Assembly: GCA_965279375.1 (NCBI GenBank)
Contig: OZ257156.1
Span: 320,001 to 384,000 of the forward strand
DNA length: 64,000 nucleotides
Direction: 5' to 3'
Origin: Gemmatimonas sp.
GTDB taxonomy: Bacteria > Gemmatimonadota > Gemmatimonadetes > Gemmatimonadales > Gemmatimonadaceae
Below, in pieces: positions 30,601 through 39,315 of the stretch. Numbering within the stretch: position 1 is the first letter of the stretch; every line of letters starts with the position of its first letter. Below the pieces are notes generated by a model. It was not told where the DNA came from and ran no database searches. It saw only the letters and a program-made list of their open reading frames with translations. A program made the position numbers and the translations under genes.

Positions 30601-31343
30601 GGAATGGCCAGCAGGGGCAGCAGGGGCAGCAGGGGCAGCAGGGGCAACAGGGGCAACAGGGGCAGCAGGGCCAGCAAGGGCAGCAGGGCCAGCAAGGGCA
30701 GCAGGGCCAGCAAGGGCAGCAGGGCCAGCAAGGCCAGCAGGGGCAGCAGGGGCAGCAGGGGCAGCAGGGGCAGCAGGGGCAGCAGGGCCAGCAGGGCCAG
30801 CAAGGCCAGCAGGGCCAGCAGGGCCAGCAGGGCCAAGGCGGCGACGGGCAGCAGGGGCAGCAGCAGGCGCAGGGTCAGGGTCGCGGCGGCAGCAACAACG
30901 GTGCGCCTCGTGGCGGCGGTACGCCCAATAGCTCGTTCCAAGGCGGTACGCAGAACGGCGCGCCAGTGCGCGGCATGGCCAGCAACGACTCGCGGCAGTT
31001 CGCGCGCGAGTTCCAGCTGCGCCGCGAAAACGCCGAGGCGCTCCGGCGTGAGGTCGCGCGTCAGGGCGCGGATACGCGCGAGCTCGATCGCGCGATCGAG
31101 AATCTGCGTCAGTTGGAGTCTGGGCGTGCGTTCGGCGACCCGCGCGGACTCGAGCAGCTGCAGTCCGCAATGATCGACGGACTCAAGTCGTTCGAGTTCT
31201 CACTCTACCGCGCACTCGGCTTGGGCGAGCAGGGACGGCCGGCGTTGGGTGCCACGGCGCCGGTGCCGGCAGAGTATCGCGCGATGATCGAGGAGTACTA
31301 TCGCTCGCTGGCTGGCGACAAGAAGGCGAGCAAGAAGCCGTAG
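27660..31343 (+). CDS. DUF4175-like membrane protein with Ig-like domains, long coiled coil and Gly/Gln-rich linkers
   Basis: N-terminal TMs, PDRAP..IEEP, DDLGV, VPAEYRAMIEEYYRSL C-terminus. Confidence 0.8.
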   Translation: MSPDRELLTALSALRRQWRQRVLLESLAWLALALLLAVLIAMATLQFATGPTAPMAARVFGYALLAIAVVWFLIVPLLRRPDDIRFALYVEERAPELRQSLLSAVQEAQIPEAERTSPSLARRLFSRATAAIRPLQQRATIERPRMQRAATSLGALALTAVALFLLAPARVRDGARLLFVPWSTAEAATPVRLVNVQPGNATIPRGGATDVQAALVGFAADGAELVFRSDSAAEWVRLPMAREADSTGFRTRLFDLTKPTEYYVESADVRSPTYRLAISDLPAVQQISLELRFPSYSGLPMERIEDGGDVVAVVGTSVKVQAHVTRRVKGGALHFDDGTTVPLVVENDSLVTGTFRVSKNGFYRIDLTADDGATVAGAVQYVVEAIPDRAPMVSIEEPGRDTKVANTDEVTIAVKAGDDLGVTSLELRYRVNGGEEKRVSMKDSTRRTPRDVRAAHTLFLEELSLTPGDLVAYHAVAKDGGGHEGSSDVYFLEVRPLSKNYKQAEQGGGGGGGGGGGGQEDPGGFVERQREVVAGTFNWLRDSSTSAPKKRREDITTLTIAEGRLREDVAGLTKRLVERGVSTRDTSFAKIKGQLDTAVAEIKTTEEKLGRGLGREALPSAQRGLQYLQRAEALYRDVQVQMGQQQGGGGGGGGGGQQKAEDLADLFGLETDKLRNQYESVQQQSSQQDQSKREVDETLERLKQLAARQQQENERMQRMAQAMRDRLGRESSAGGGGGGQRELAKAAEEEARRLERLSREQKSQELADAAQRMQQAADAMRRAAGGSASQGNAALEELNRAARQLEDNKSSSTNNGIQKLSQQARDLESRQSEIAEGVQAMQGASGEQRAEQQRRLAEKKDALSRDVERLEAETDRLARDGRRDQPKAASKLGEAADAIRDARLKDKIDFSKNVMRGGSSEYANAFENQISENIKDVADRIGAAAGSMQGESASRTQEKSLEKTRELVRGLESLRERMADRNGQQGQQGQQGQQGQQGQQGQQGQQGQQGQQGQQGQQGQQGQQGQQGQQGQQGQQGQQGQQGQQGQQGQQGQQGQQGQGGDGQQGQQQAQGQGRGGSNNGAPRGGGTPNSSFQGGTQNGAPVRGMASNDSRQFAREFQLRRENAEALRREVARQGADTRELDRAIENLRQLESGRAFGDPRGLEQLQSAMIDGLKSFEFSLYRALGLGEQGRPALGATAPVPAEYRAMIEEYYRSLAGDKKASKKP
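30606..30830 (+). repeat. 9-bp coding tandem repeat, 25 copies, encoding (Gly-Gln-Gln)25
   Basis: GGS CAR CAR units counted in frame: 225 nt. Confidence 0.95.
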
Positions 31344-31354
31344 CCCCGCGACGC

Positions 31355-32083
31355 TCAGTCGCGGTTGGGGAGCCCCGACTCGAGTCGCTGCTCCTCGAGA
31401 CGCACCCGCTTGTCGCGCTCGCTGTCGCGCCAGGTTCTTGGACCTGACGAGGCATCGTCGCCCAACCGCGGCAGGCGCATCCACGTGGTGCGGCGCGTTG
31501 CTGTCCAGGGCAATCCAATGCCTTTGCAGCCGTCGCCGCACCAGACGGTGAACTCGCTCATGCGCGTGACGACCAGCCGTCCCACGAGCGAGCCATTCGC
31601 GCCACCCACCAGAAACAGCTCGCGGGAACGCACGGGCTTATCGGACGCAGTCGTGGGCGAAGCGAGGTCGCGAGGAGGGACGGCGACGTTTCGCAGCGAA
31701 AGCCAGCCGTCCTTGCATGTGTAGTCGAGCGTGCGTCGAGAACGCAGCACTTCCGGCGCCGCGCCCGTGCCACTCACCTCGACGAGCAGTTCCTCGTTGG
31801 CGTCGCCGGAAATTTCGAGTGAACCGGGCATCGTCTCGGGATTGCCCGCCGCGAAGCCGCTGCCTGCAATCAACGAGAGCGTCAGCGTCTCCGTGTCGTC
31901 CTGATCCGACAGCGACGAGAGACGCGCCTCGGTCGCCGCCTCATACGCCCCCTGAAGATTCGGGCAGAGCGTATCGACGGCGGTGCGCAGCGGCCCCCAT
32001 CCGCTGGGGGCCGCGACACTCGTGCCGCATCCGGCGAGGATGACTATCGCTCCTCCGGCCACTACCCAAAATCCGCGACGCAC
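31355..32083 (-). CDS. Hypothetical lipoprotein
   Basis: Lipobox ILAGC; WCGDGC motif; no family recognised. Confidence 0.65.
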   Translation of the reverse strand: MRRGFWVVAGGAIVILAGCGTSVAAPSGWGPLRTAVDTLCPNLQGAYEAATEARLSSLSDQDDTETLTLSLIAGSGFAAGNPETMPGSLEISGDANEELLVEVSGTGAAPEVLRSRRTLDYTCKDGWLSLRNVAVPPRDLASPTTASDKPVRSRELFLVGGANGSLVGRLVVTRMSEFTVWCGDGCKGIGLPWTATRRTTWMRLPRLGDDASSGPRTWRDSERDKRVRLEEQRLESGLPNRD

Positions 32084-32089
32084 GATCGG

Positions 32090-34006
32090 CTAGCTCCGCG
32101 CTCTCGCGTCCTCGCGCGCCTGCGATTGCGTGCTGTCGGCCCAGAGCTGCTGTGTCACGCGCAGCAACACGAAGCCGCTCACGACCAGTACGCCGGTAAG
32201 CATCCACGCCGTGTTCAGGCGCGACGGATCGCCCGAGGAGTACAGGAAATTTCCGATCGCGAACAACGACGACCAGATCACCACACAGCCTGAAATCCAA
32301 CCCACGAACGCGGCGCCAACGCGATTCTCCTGCGACACCACGGCATCCGACACGCCGGCAGCGGCGCGCAGCTCCGTCCATCCCGGACCGGCCGGCTTCA
32401 CCTTCTGCACAAATGCAATCAGCGTCGCACGATCGGTCTTGGGTCCCACGAACGCGGTGATGAGCCACGCGACGGTGGTAATACCCACCTGCACGATCGT
32501 CGTCGTCGCGAAGTCAGCACCGGGCATCAGCTTGGGCACCAGCAAGGACGTGATCAGCGACATCACCATCGCGACGATCTCACACCACGCCGACACGCGC
32601 CACCAGAACCAGCGCGCGATGTACAGCAGACCCGTACCGGCACCGATCGAGAGCAGCACCTGAAACGCTTGCTGCGCGGAGCTCATCGTGAGGCTGAGCA
32701 GCGCGGCGATGACGTACAAGGCGATCGTCGACAGTCGTCCCGCATTCACGTAGTGCGCTTCGGTGCCGTCCTTCTTCACGAAGCGACGGTAGAAGTCGTG
32801 CACGAGATACGACGAACCCCAATTGAGGTGGGTGAGAATCGTCGACGAATTCGCCGCCAGCAAACCGCCGATCATCAGCCCCACAAATCCAACGGGGAGG
32901 AACTTGAGCATCGCGGGAAACGCCGAGTCGTGGCCGATCAGCGAGGCATCAGCATTCGGGAACGCCGCCTGAATCGATGCCAGGTCCGGATACACGATGA
33001 TCGAGCAGAGCGCCGTGATGATCCACGGCCACGGACGCAGCACGTAGTGCGCGATGTTGAAGAACAGCGTGCCGCCGAGCGAGTCTTTTTCCGACTTGGA
33101 GGCCAGCATGCGCTGTGCGATGTAGGAGCCACCGCCCGGCTCAGCGCCCGGGTACCAGTTGGCCCACCAGCTGATCGCGATAGGCAGAATGAATATCATC
33201 AGCGCCAGCTCCGACATGCTGAAATTCGGCAGCATGTCGAGAATGGGCTGCCCTGCCCCGTCCTTGGGTGACATCACCGGCTGCGCGTTGGCGGCCGTGC
33301 TCTGCACCACCTGCAACGTGGAGAGCTTGGCGACGAGCAGCTTGAGCCCAACCCAGCCACTCGGATCGCCCGCCAGACGCCGGCCCACTTCAACGAGCGA
33401 GAACCACGCCGCCGCAAACACGGCCGTCATCTTGATGAAGAACTGGATCATGTCGATGACGAGCACGCCCCACAGACCCGAGTGCGCCGCGAAGACCACG
33501 TTCAGCACGCCGCAAATGACGATGGTTTGCCACGGCGCCAAACCGAACAGGATGTTCGCGATCTTGCACGCCGCGAGCGTCACCATGCCCATGATGAAAC
33601 AGTTGAAAAACAGACCGAGGTAGACGGCGCGGAATCCGCGCACGACCGAGGCTTCAGTGCCGGAGTAGCGGAGCTCGTAGAACTCGAGATCGGTGAGCAC
33701 ACCCGATCGACGCCACAGTCGCGCGAAGAAGAACACCGTGGCCACGCCCGTCAACACGAAGGCCCACCACTGCCAATTGCCAGCCACCCCGTAGCGACGC
33801 ACCTGCTCGGTCACCCAGTTGGGCGTGTCGGACGAGAACGTCGTCGCCACCATCGAGAGGCCGGCGAGCCACCACGGCACCGAACGCCCGGACCCGAAGA
33901 ATTCCGCGGTGCTTGACCCTGAGCGCTTGGCGAGAAACAGCGCGGGAATAAAGCAGACCAGAATGGAGACAGCAGCGATGACCCAATCGATCCAGGAAAT
34001 GTTCAT
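32090..34006 (-). CDS. Sodium:solute symporter family protein
   Basis: FFGSGRSVPWWLAGLSMVATTFSSDTP, YIAQRML, multiple TM helices. Confidence 0.95.
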   Translation of the reverse strand: MNISWIDWVIAAVSILVCFIPALFLAKRSGSSTAEFFGSGRSVPWWLAGLSMVATTFSSDTPNWVTEQVRRYGVAGNWQWWAFVLTGVATVFFFARLWRRSGVLTDLEFYELRYSGTEASVVRGFRAVYLGLFFNCFIMGMVTLAACKIANILFGLAPWQTIVICGVLNVVFAAHSGLWGVLVIDMIQFFIKMTAVFAAAWFSLVEVGRRLAGDPSGWVGLKLLVAKLSTLQVVQSTAANAQPVMSPKDGAGQPILDMLPNFSMSELALMIFILPIAISWWANWYPGAEPGGGSYIAQRMLASKSEKDSLGGTLFFNIAHYVLRPWPWIITALCSIIVYPDLASIQAAFPNADASLIGHDSAFPAMLKFLPVGFVGLMIGGLLAANSSTILTHLNWGSSYLVHDFYRRFVKKDGTEAHYVNAGRLSTIALYVIAALLSLTMSSAQQAFQVLLSIGAGTGLLYIARWFWWRVSAWCEIVAMVMSLITSLLVPKLMPGADFATTTIVQVGITTVAWLITAFVGPKTDRATLIAFVQKVKPAGPGWTELRAAAGVSDAVVSQENRVGAAFVGWISGCVVIWSSLFAIGNFLYSSGDPSRLNTAWMLTGVLVVSGFVLLRVTQQLWADSTQSQAREDARARS

Positions 34007-34171
34007 GGGCGGGGCGAGGGGGACGACTTGGGGGACGACGAAGCCTACGATACGGGGCGGAATGTGGGGGACGGCCCTGTGTGCTGCAACGCACAATTCC
34101 CACTAACTCAATCACGTCTCAGGACGCGTTGGAGCCTTTCGGCGGCACAGGATCGCACTCACATTCCATCC

Positions 34172-35356
34172 ATGGCCGAAGACGAGCTGGTCGCACGCGT
34201 TCGCGAGTCGGTGCGGGAGATGTACCGACTGGGCCGGGAGCTAGGCGGCGGGGGCATGTCGCGGATCTTCCGGGCGACGGACGTGCGCGTCGGCCCGGAG
34301 GACAGTCCGGCGGCCGATCAAGAAGTCGTCATCAAGGTGCTGCCCACAGACCTTGCCGCCGGCATTTCGCTGGCGCGGTTCCAGCGTGAGATCGCGGTCG
34401 CGGCACGCATGCAGCATCCCAACATCGTCCCCCTGCTCAGCAGCGGCGATGCCGGCGGCAACCCGTGGTTCGCCATGCCGTTCGTGCCGGGCGAATCGCT
34501 GCGGGAGCGGCTGACCAGCCGCGGCTCGCTGCCGCTCCCCGAAGCGATACGTGTGCTCCGTGACATGGCCAGCGCGCTCTCCTACGCGCACCGGCAGGGC
34601 GTGGTGCACCGCGACATCAAGCCGGAGAACGTCCTCTTTGCCGGCGATCGCGCCATGATCGCCGACTTCGGCGTGGCCAAGGCACTCCTGAGCGCCGAAG
34701 GACAGGGCGGCGCTCAATCGGGGCCGGCGCTCACCACGCGCCGCATCGCGTTGGGTACGCCCACCTACATGTCCCCCGAGCAGGCGTCCGGCGATCCGCG
34801 GGTGGGCACGCGCGCCGACATCTACGCGTGGGGGATCGTCGCCTACGAGCTGCTCGCCGGCCAGACCCCGTTCGATGGCCGGAGCCTGCACGGCCAGCTC
34901 CGCGCGCATGTCAAGGAAATACCGGTGTCCGTCTCAGTGCACCGCCCGAACGCTCCGGCCGCGCTGGTCGAGCTGGTCATGCGCTCGCTCACCAAGGCAC
35001 CGGCCGAACGGCCACAGTTGGCGGAGTCGCTGGTGGAAGCGCTCGACGCGATCAGCAACGCGAGCATCGTGCAGTCGCGCCAGACCGGCGAACATCCCAA
35101 AGCGTCCGACGCCCCGACACCGCATTTCCCCACCGGATTCGACACGGCCGTCACCGAGGAGATGCCGACGGCAGATACGCCGCCGCGACCGTCGGGAGAC
35201 GCCGCGCAGGGCGGCGCAGCACCTCTGACGCCCAACGCAGCGCAGGCAGCGGGTGCGCGCATCGCGCTCTCGCCGCGCTCCCATCTGCCCGCCGTCAGCC
35301 TATCGCTCGGCGCACTCGCCCTGCTCATCTTCTTCGCGACGATCGCGCGTCGCTGA
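34172..35356 (+). CDS. Hanks-type Ser/Thr protein kinase with a C-terminal TM anchor
   Basis: LGGGGMS, VVIK, HRDIKPEN, DFG, GTPTYMSPEQ, DIYAWG. Confidence 0.95.
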   Translation: MAEDELVARVRESVREMYRLGRELGGGGMSRIFRATDVRVGPEDSPAADQEVVIKVLPTDLAAGISLARFQREIAVAARMQHPNIVPLLSSGDAGGNPWFAMPFVPGESLRERLTSRGSLPLPEAIRVLRDMASALSYAHRQGVVHRDIKPENVLFAGDRAMIADFGVAKALLSAEGQGGAQSGPALTTRRIALGTPTYMSPEQASGDPRVGTRADIYAWGIVAYELLAGQTPFDGRSLHGQLRAHVKEIPVSVSVHRPNAPAALVELVMRSLTKAPAERPQLAESLVEALDAISNASIVQSRQTGEHPKASDAPTPHFPTGFDTAVTEEMPTADTPPRPSGDAAQGGAAPLTPNAAQAAGARIALSPRSHLPAVSLSLGALALLIFFATIARR

Positions 35357-35413
35357 CGTGTTCAGCTAAAGCGTTCGGCTAACAGGTTCAGCTGGCGCGC
35401 CCCCGTACTCGGC

Positions 35414-36202
35414 TCAGGTGCCGCCGTACCAGTCGTAGCCATTGTCGGTCCAGTAGCCGCCGTTCTTCTGCGCCATGAACGCAACGCGCGTGAGGTACTT
35501 GGTGTTCTTGTAACCAAGCTTCACGGGCGAGTGCAATCGCGCCGGCGCACCGTACGCTGGCGATAGGAGTTGCCCGTCCTTCGCATACACGACGAGCGTT
35601 TGCGGGTGCAACACGCTGTCGATATCCCAGCTCTCGTGGTAGCCGTCGTCGAACGACTGAAAGTCCACCACCTCGGCGCCGGGCAGCACGCCGGCCAGTT
35701 TTGCGATGGCATGCATCGGCACGCCGCGGAAACGCGCAATCGCGTTCCATCCTTCCACGCAGAAGTGATCGACGCGCTGCTCGACGTGCGACATGGCCAT
35801 CAGTGCGGGAAGATCGAGACGGAGCGGCGTGCGTACCATGCCCGTCACCTCGAGCGCCCACTCACCGCGCGCGGCGATGTCCCACGTGGGCAGCTGGCGC
35901 GAGATGAAATACGACGGGAAGCGCGCACCGGCCACAATGCCACTCGCCGACGCATGATCCATCGACGTATGACGGAACAACCAGCGTTCGACGGCTTCGT
36001 TCTTCTCTCCAGCGAACTTGAGCACCCGTTGCGCGCTATCCGGCCCGTTGGATCCGCACGCGGCCAGCAGCGTCGACGCCAGAGAGGCGGCACCGAGACG
36101 AAGGAACGATCGCCGTGACGTGATGTGCTCTCGCGATTCGAGTGACGCCACGACGCGATCGATCGCCTGACGCGCCATCCGCATTTCTGTACGCGAGGGC
36201 AT
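35414..36202 (-). CDS. Sulfite-oxidase family molybdopterin oxidoreductase (MsrP/YedY-like), Tat lipoprotein
   Basis: SRRSFL Tat motif plus LLAAC lipobox; HFCVEGW Mo-ligand Cys; GAPARL...KLGYKNTKY; GYW.DNGYDWYGG. Confidence 0.9.
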   Translation of the reverse strand: MPSRTEMRMARQAIDRVVASLESREHITSRRSFLRLGAASLASTLLAACGSNGPDSAQRVLKFAGEKNEAVERWLFRHTSMDHASASGIVAGARFPSYFISRQLPTWDIAARGEWALEVTGMVRTPLRLDLPALMAMSHVEQRVDHFCVEGWNAIARFRGVPMHAIAKLAGVLPGAEVVDFQSFDDGYHESWDIDSVLHPQTLVVYAKDGQLLSPAYGAPARLHSPVKLGYKNTKYLTRVAFMAQKNGGYWTDNGYDWYGGT

Positions 36203-36987
36203 CAGGGCGTCTCCGTCGTGGTGGGCACGGTGGCCGGCGATGAGGTACGTGGCTTGGGGAACATGCCTTGAAACGGGCGTGCGTTGCGCGCGATCGGCGA
36301 GAAGCGCTCGCTGTGCCCACCCGTGATCATGCTGCGCAGACTGTACGGATCGACGCTGATGACCATGAAGACGTGAACGACGGAGAGCAGTACCAGCGAC
36401 AGCATGCCCATGAAGTGCCAGTAGCGCGCCCACACGTAGCCGCCAAAGATGCTCGTCAGCCAGCCGAGCGTGACTGGCTTCCAGATCGCGATTCCCGAGA
36501 GCACGATCACCGCGCCGATGAACGGCATGATGAAGTAGGCGCCTTTCTGCAAGGCGTTGTGCTTGCCGTGCGGAGGATGGTCTTTGCGCTGATACAAGTA
36601 GAACCGGATCATCTCCCAGCTATCGCGCACGTCGCCGCGTCGCGGTACGAGATCGCGCCACTCACCGTGCAGATAGATGAAGCTCACGTACACAAGCCCC
36701 GTCGCGACGAGTACCCACATCATCGCGAAGTGCCACTCGCGCGCGCTGCCGAGGAAGTTTCCGAAGGTGAGCCAGACGGGGGCTGGTGTGCCTTCGAAGG
36801 GATAGCAGCAGAACGTCTCGCCCTTGCGATGGAACGATGGATAGGCGTTGAAGATGCGCAGGCCGCTGCCCACCATCAGCGTCAACGCGACGGCGTTGAG
36901 CCAATGCGTCACGCGTACAACCCAGTGATGCCTTGCGTGTGCGGCCACGCTAACGCTCCTCCGTTGGCGAGTCGTACGAGGGCGCAT
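36202..36987 (-). CDS. Cytochrome b/b6-domain membrane subunit (Ni-hydrogenase/thiosulfate reductase cyt b type)
   Basis: VRVTHWLN, WHF, HNALQKGAY, WHF, HVFM heme-ligand His residues; exact start uncertain. Confidence 0.85.
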   Translation of the reverse strand: MRPRTTRQRRSVSVAAHARHHWVVRVTHWLNAVALTLMVGSGLRIFNAYPSFHRKGETFCCYPFEGTPAPVWLTFGNFLGSAREWHFAMMWVLVATGLVYVSFIYLHGEWRDLVPRRGDVRDSWEMIRFYLYQRKDHPPHGKHNALQKGAYFIMPFIGAVIVLSGIAIWKPVTLGWLTSIFGGYVWARYWHFMGMLSLVLLSVVHVFMVISVDPYSLRSMITGGHSERFSPIARNARPFQGMFPKPRTSSPATVPTTTETP

Positions 36988-37240
36988 CGATCAGCGCACG
37001 CACGCGCGCGCGTACCACATCTGATGCTACCGTGTTGGGGCGCGCGTTGTGCATGAGATCGAGAAAAGCGCGCTCGAAGGCGAAGTGCGATGCGCAGTTG
37101 CTGTGGCAGACGCGCAGATGCTCGTCCACTGCCTGCACATCCACCGCCGAGAGTTGGCGATCCAGGTAGTCCCAGAGGAGACGCACAGTCTGCTCGCAGT
37201 CCAGCACCGGCGTTTCAGGTGAAGCCGATGAAATGGTCAT
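36950..37240 (-). CDS. Zinc-finger (zf-HC2) anti-sigma factor
   Basis: C...LWDYLD..L...EHLRVCHSNC; ATGA overlap with the sigma gene. Confidence 0.85.
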   Translation of the reverse strand: MTISSASPETPVLDCEQTVRLLWDYLDRQLSAVDVQAVDEHLRVCHSNCASHFAFERAFLDLMHNARPNTVASDVVRARVRALIDAPSYDSPTEER

Positions 37241-37872
37241 GCGTGGTCGCGTGGTGAGGTGGAAGGATGCGTCGTGAAGAAACCAAGGTCGCGGGCGTGC
37301 TCGCGCAAACGTTCCTGCAACTGCCGCCGCGCGCGGAATAGTCGAGAGCGGATCGTGCCGACCGGTACATCGAGCATCGACGCTGCCTCGTCGTAGCTGT
37401 AGCCTTCCATGTCCACGAGGACCACCACCAATCGCGCCGGCTCTGCCAGCTGTGCGAGCGCGGCGGTGATGGCATCCGATGTACTCAGCGCATCGAACAT
37501 CGACGCCTCGCCGCTCGCTACGATCGCATTGTGCAGGCGCACCGTGGCCAACGTTTCGTCCGTCGGGTCATCCGAGAGCGACTCGTGGCGCTGCTCTCGC
37601 TCGTACGAACGCAGGAATGCATTCTTGCAGATCGTGAAGAGCCAGCGTCGCATGTCCGAGCCGTCCTTCCAAGTATGCCGACTCTTGAACGCCCGTAGAT
37701 ACGTTTCCTGCACGAGGTCGTCCGCTTCGTCTGGTGCGCGCGTCAATGACTGCGCAAAGCGCGCCACGGCGTCGAGACAACGCATGGCGTCCTCTTCAAA
37801 CGTTGCGGCCGTTGCACCAGTCGGCATCTGCAGATCGGCGTCGTGCCCAGCGTTGTGCGCAGCGTTATGCAT
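37237..37872 (-). CDS. ECF RNA polymerase sigma factor (SigH/SigR-like)
   Basis: ADDLVQETYLRA, WLFTICKN, DMEGYSYDEAA, GTIRSRLFRAR. Confidence 0.92.
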   Translation of the reverse strand: MHNAAHNAGHDADLQMPTGATAATFEEDAMRCLDAVARFAQSLTRAPDEADDLVQETYLRAFKSRHTWKDGSDMRRWLFTICKNAFLRSYEREQRHESLSDDPTDETLATVRLHNAIVASGEASMFDALSTSDAITAALAQLAEPARLVVVLVDMEGYSYDEAASMLDVPVGTIRSRLFRARRQLQERLREHARDLGFFTTHPSTSPRDHA

Positions 37873-37883
37873 GGAGCGCGAGG

Positions 37884-38453
37884 TCAGTTGGACGAGCGTT
37901 TCCCGACGGGCATCGCCTTGCGGACGGCCGCATCGATGTCCTGCTCCGGACCTACGCCGGTGTAGACGACCGTTCCCTTGGCATCCACGACGACAACATA
38001 CGAGGTGTGCGTGGCCTTGTAGGCTTTGTAGATGGCGCCGTCGCGATCGAACCCGTACGTGCCGGTCATCTGCTGCTGCGTGACGAAGGCCTGCTGGCGC
38101 TCCGGAGTCTGGTTCTGTGGCACGCCCACGCCGATGAACGCGACGTCCTTGCCGTACTTCGCGCGGGCGGCCGCCATCGCCGGCTCAAGCTTCTTGCACA
38201 ACGGGCACCACGTCGCCCAGAACTCGATCACCATCGGCTTCCTGCCGATGATCGTCCCGAGATCCATCGAGGAACCATCGAGCATCTCCATGGTGACCAC
38301 CGGCGCCTTCGTGCCGAGGTCGAGCCCCGCTTCCTGCGCTGAGGCGGTCCTCGTGGTAACGGTGCTGACGGCCAGCGCGAGCACGGATGCAGCCGCGGTG
38401 AGAATCACTCGACGCATGCTGCGTTGAGCCAACGACGTATTTTGAAACGGCAT
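37884..38453 (-). CDS. Periplasmic TlpA-like thiol:disulfide oxidoreductase
   Basis: Signal peptide, FWATWCPLC. Confidence 0.9.
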   Translation of the reverse strand: MPFQNTSLAQRSMRRVILTAAASVLALAVSTVTTRTASAQEAGLDLGTKAPVVTMEMLDGSSMDLGTIIGRKPMVIEFWATWCPLCKKLEPAMAAARAKYGKDVAFIGVGVPQNQTPERQQAFVTQQQMTGTYGFDRDGAIYKAYKATHTSYVVVVDAKGTVVYTGVGPEQDIDAAVRKAMPVGKRSSN

Positions 38454-38523
38454 GAGGAAGCGCTCTCGAAGGATGGTGAAAAGTGTTGTGCGAGTGTGTG
38501 CGGCGAACCCGTTCAGACCAGCA

Positions 38524-39273
38524 TCAGAACAGCACTTGTCCTGCGCCAACCAGGTAGTACTCGGCGGCACCAATCATCAGCACGGCGAAGACGCGCTTGA
38601 CGTGCACCATCCATGCGCCGGGGCGCGGCAGTTGCACGGCGCCGCCAGCGGCCAGCCCGACGACTACCAGCAGGGAGCACATGCCGAGCGAGAAGACGAA
38701 GAGGTAAGCGAAGCCGAGGACTGCGCTCTTGGTGGCAGCCACCCAGGTGAGCAGCGTGGCCATGACCGGCGCACCACACGGTGCCGCGACCAGCCCCGAG
38801 GCGGCTCCCATCCCGAAGGCACCCAGCAGTCGTCCTCCGCCGCCCATGCCCGCTGCGCGCGCGAGGAGTGCGTGCGGTATCGGTACCGGGAGCACGTCGA
38901 GCATCATGAGGGCGAAGAGCAACAGCAGGTTGCCCATGACGATCAGCAACCATGGGTTCGTGCTGACGCCGCCGAAAAGCGTTCCGGTGAGCCCGGCCAG
39001 CAACCCGAGCGATGCATAGGCCATCGCGAGCCCTGTCACGTATGACAGCGTCAATGCGAGCACCCGCCCACGTGATCGCGCGATCGGTGCAGCTCCGATG
39101 CCAGCCAGGCCGCCCGCCCCCTGCCCCGACTGCGAACCAACCACGGCCGCCGTGATCGGGATCATCGGATAGATGCAGGGTGTGAGGCTGGTGAGCACGC
39201 CACCCAGAAAGACCAGCGGCACCGCGCTCGCGGGGCTCTGGGACAGCAGCGTGGTGACGTTGGGGAGCAGCAT
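38524..39273 (-). CDS. ccdA: CcdA/DsbD transmembrane thiol-reductant transporter
   Basis: LTPCIYPMIP and APCGAP motifs, multiple TMs. Confidence 0.9.
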   Translation of the reverse strand: MLLPNVTTLLSQSPASAVPLVFLGGVLTSLTPCIYPMIPITAAVVGSQSGQGAGGLAGIGAAPIARSRGRVLALTLSYVTGLAMAYASLGLLAGLTGTLFGGVSTNPWLLIVMGNLLLLFALMMLDVLPVPIPHALLARAAGMGGGGRLLGAFGMGAASGLVAAPCGAPVMATLLTWVAATKSAVLGFAYLFVFSLGMCSLLVVVGLAAGGAVQLPRPGAWMVHVKRVFAVLMIGAAEYYLVGAGQVLF

Positions 39274-39315
39274 GAATGATGGTCTGGAGAGGGTCGTGGT
39301 CCCGTCTGGCGCACC

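Noticed and set aside
29373..30941. 522-aa antisense ORF with LLP/LLA repeats
   Set aside because: It is the reverse-strand shadow of the GQQ repeat and coiled-coil gene
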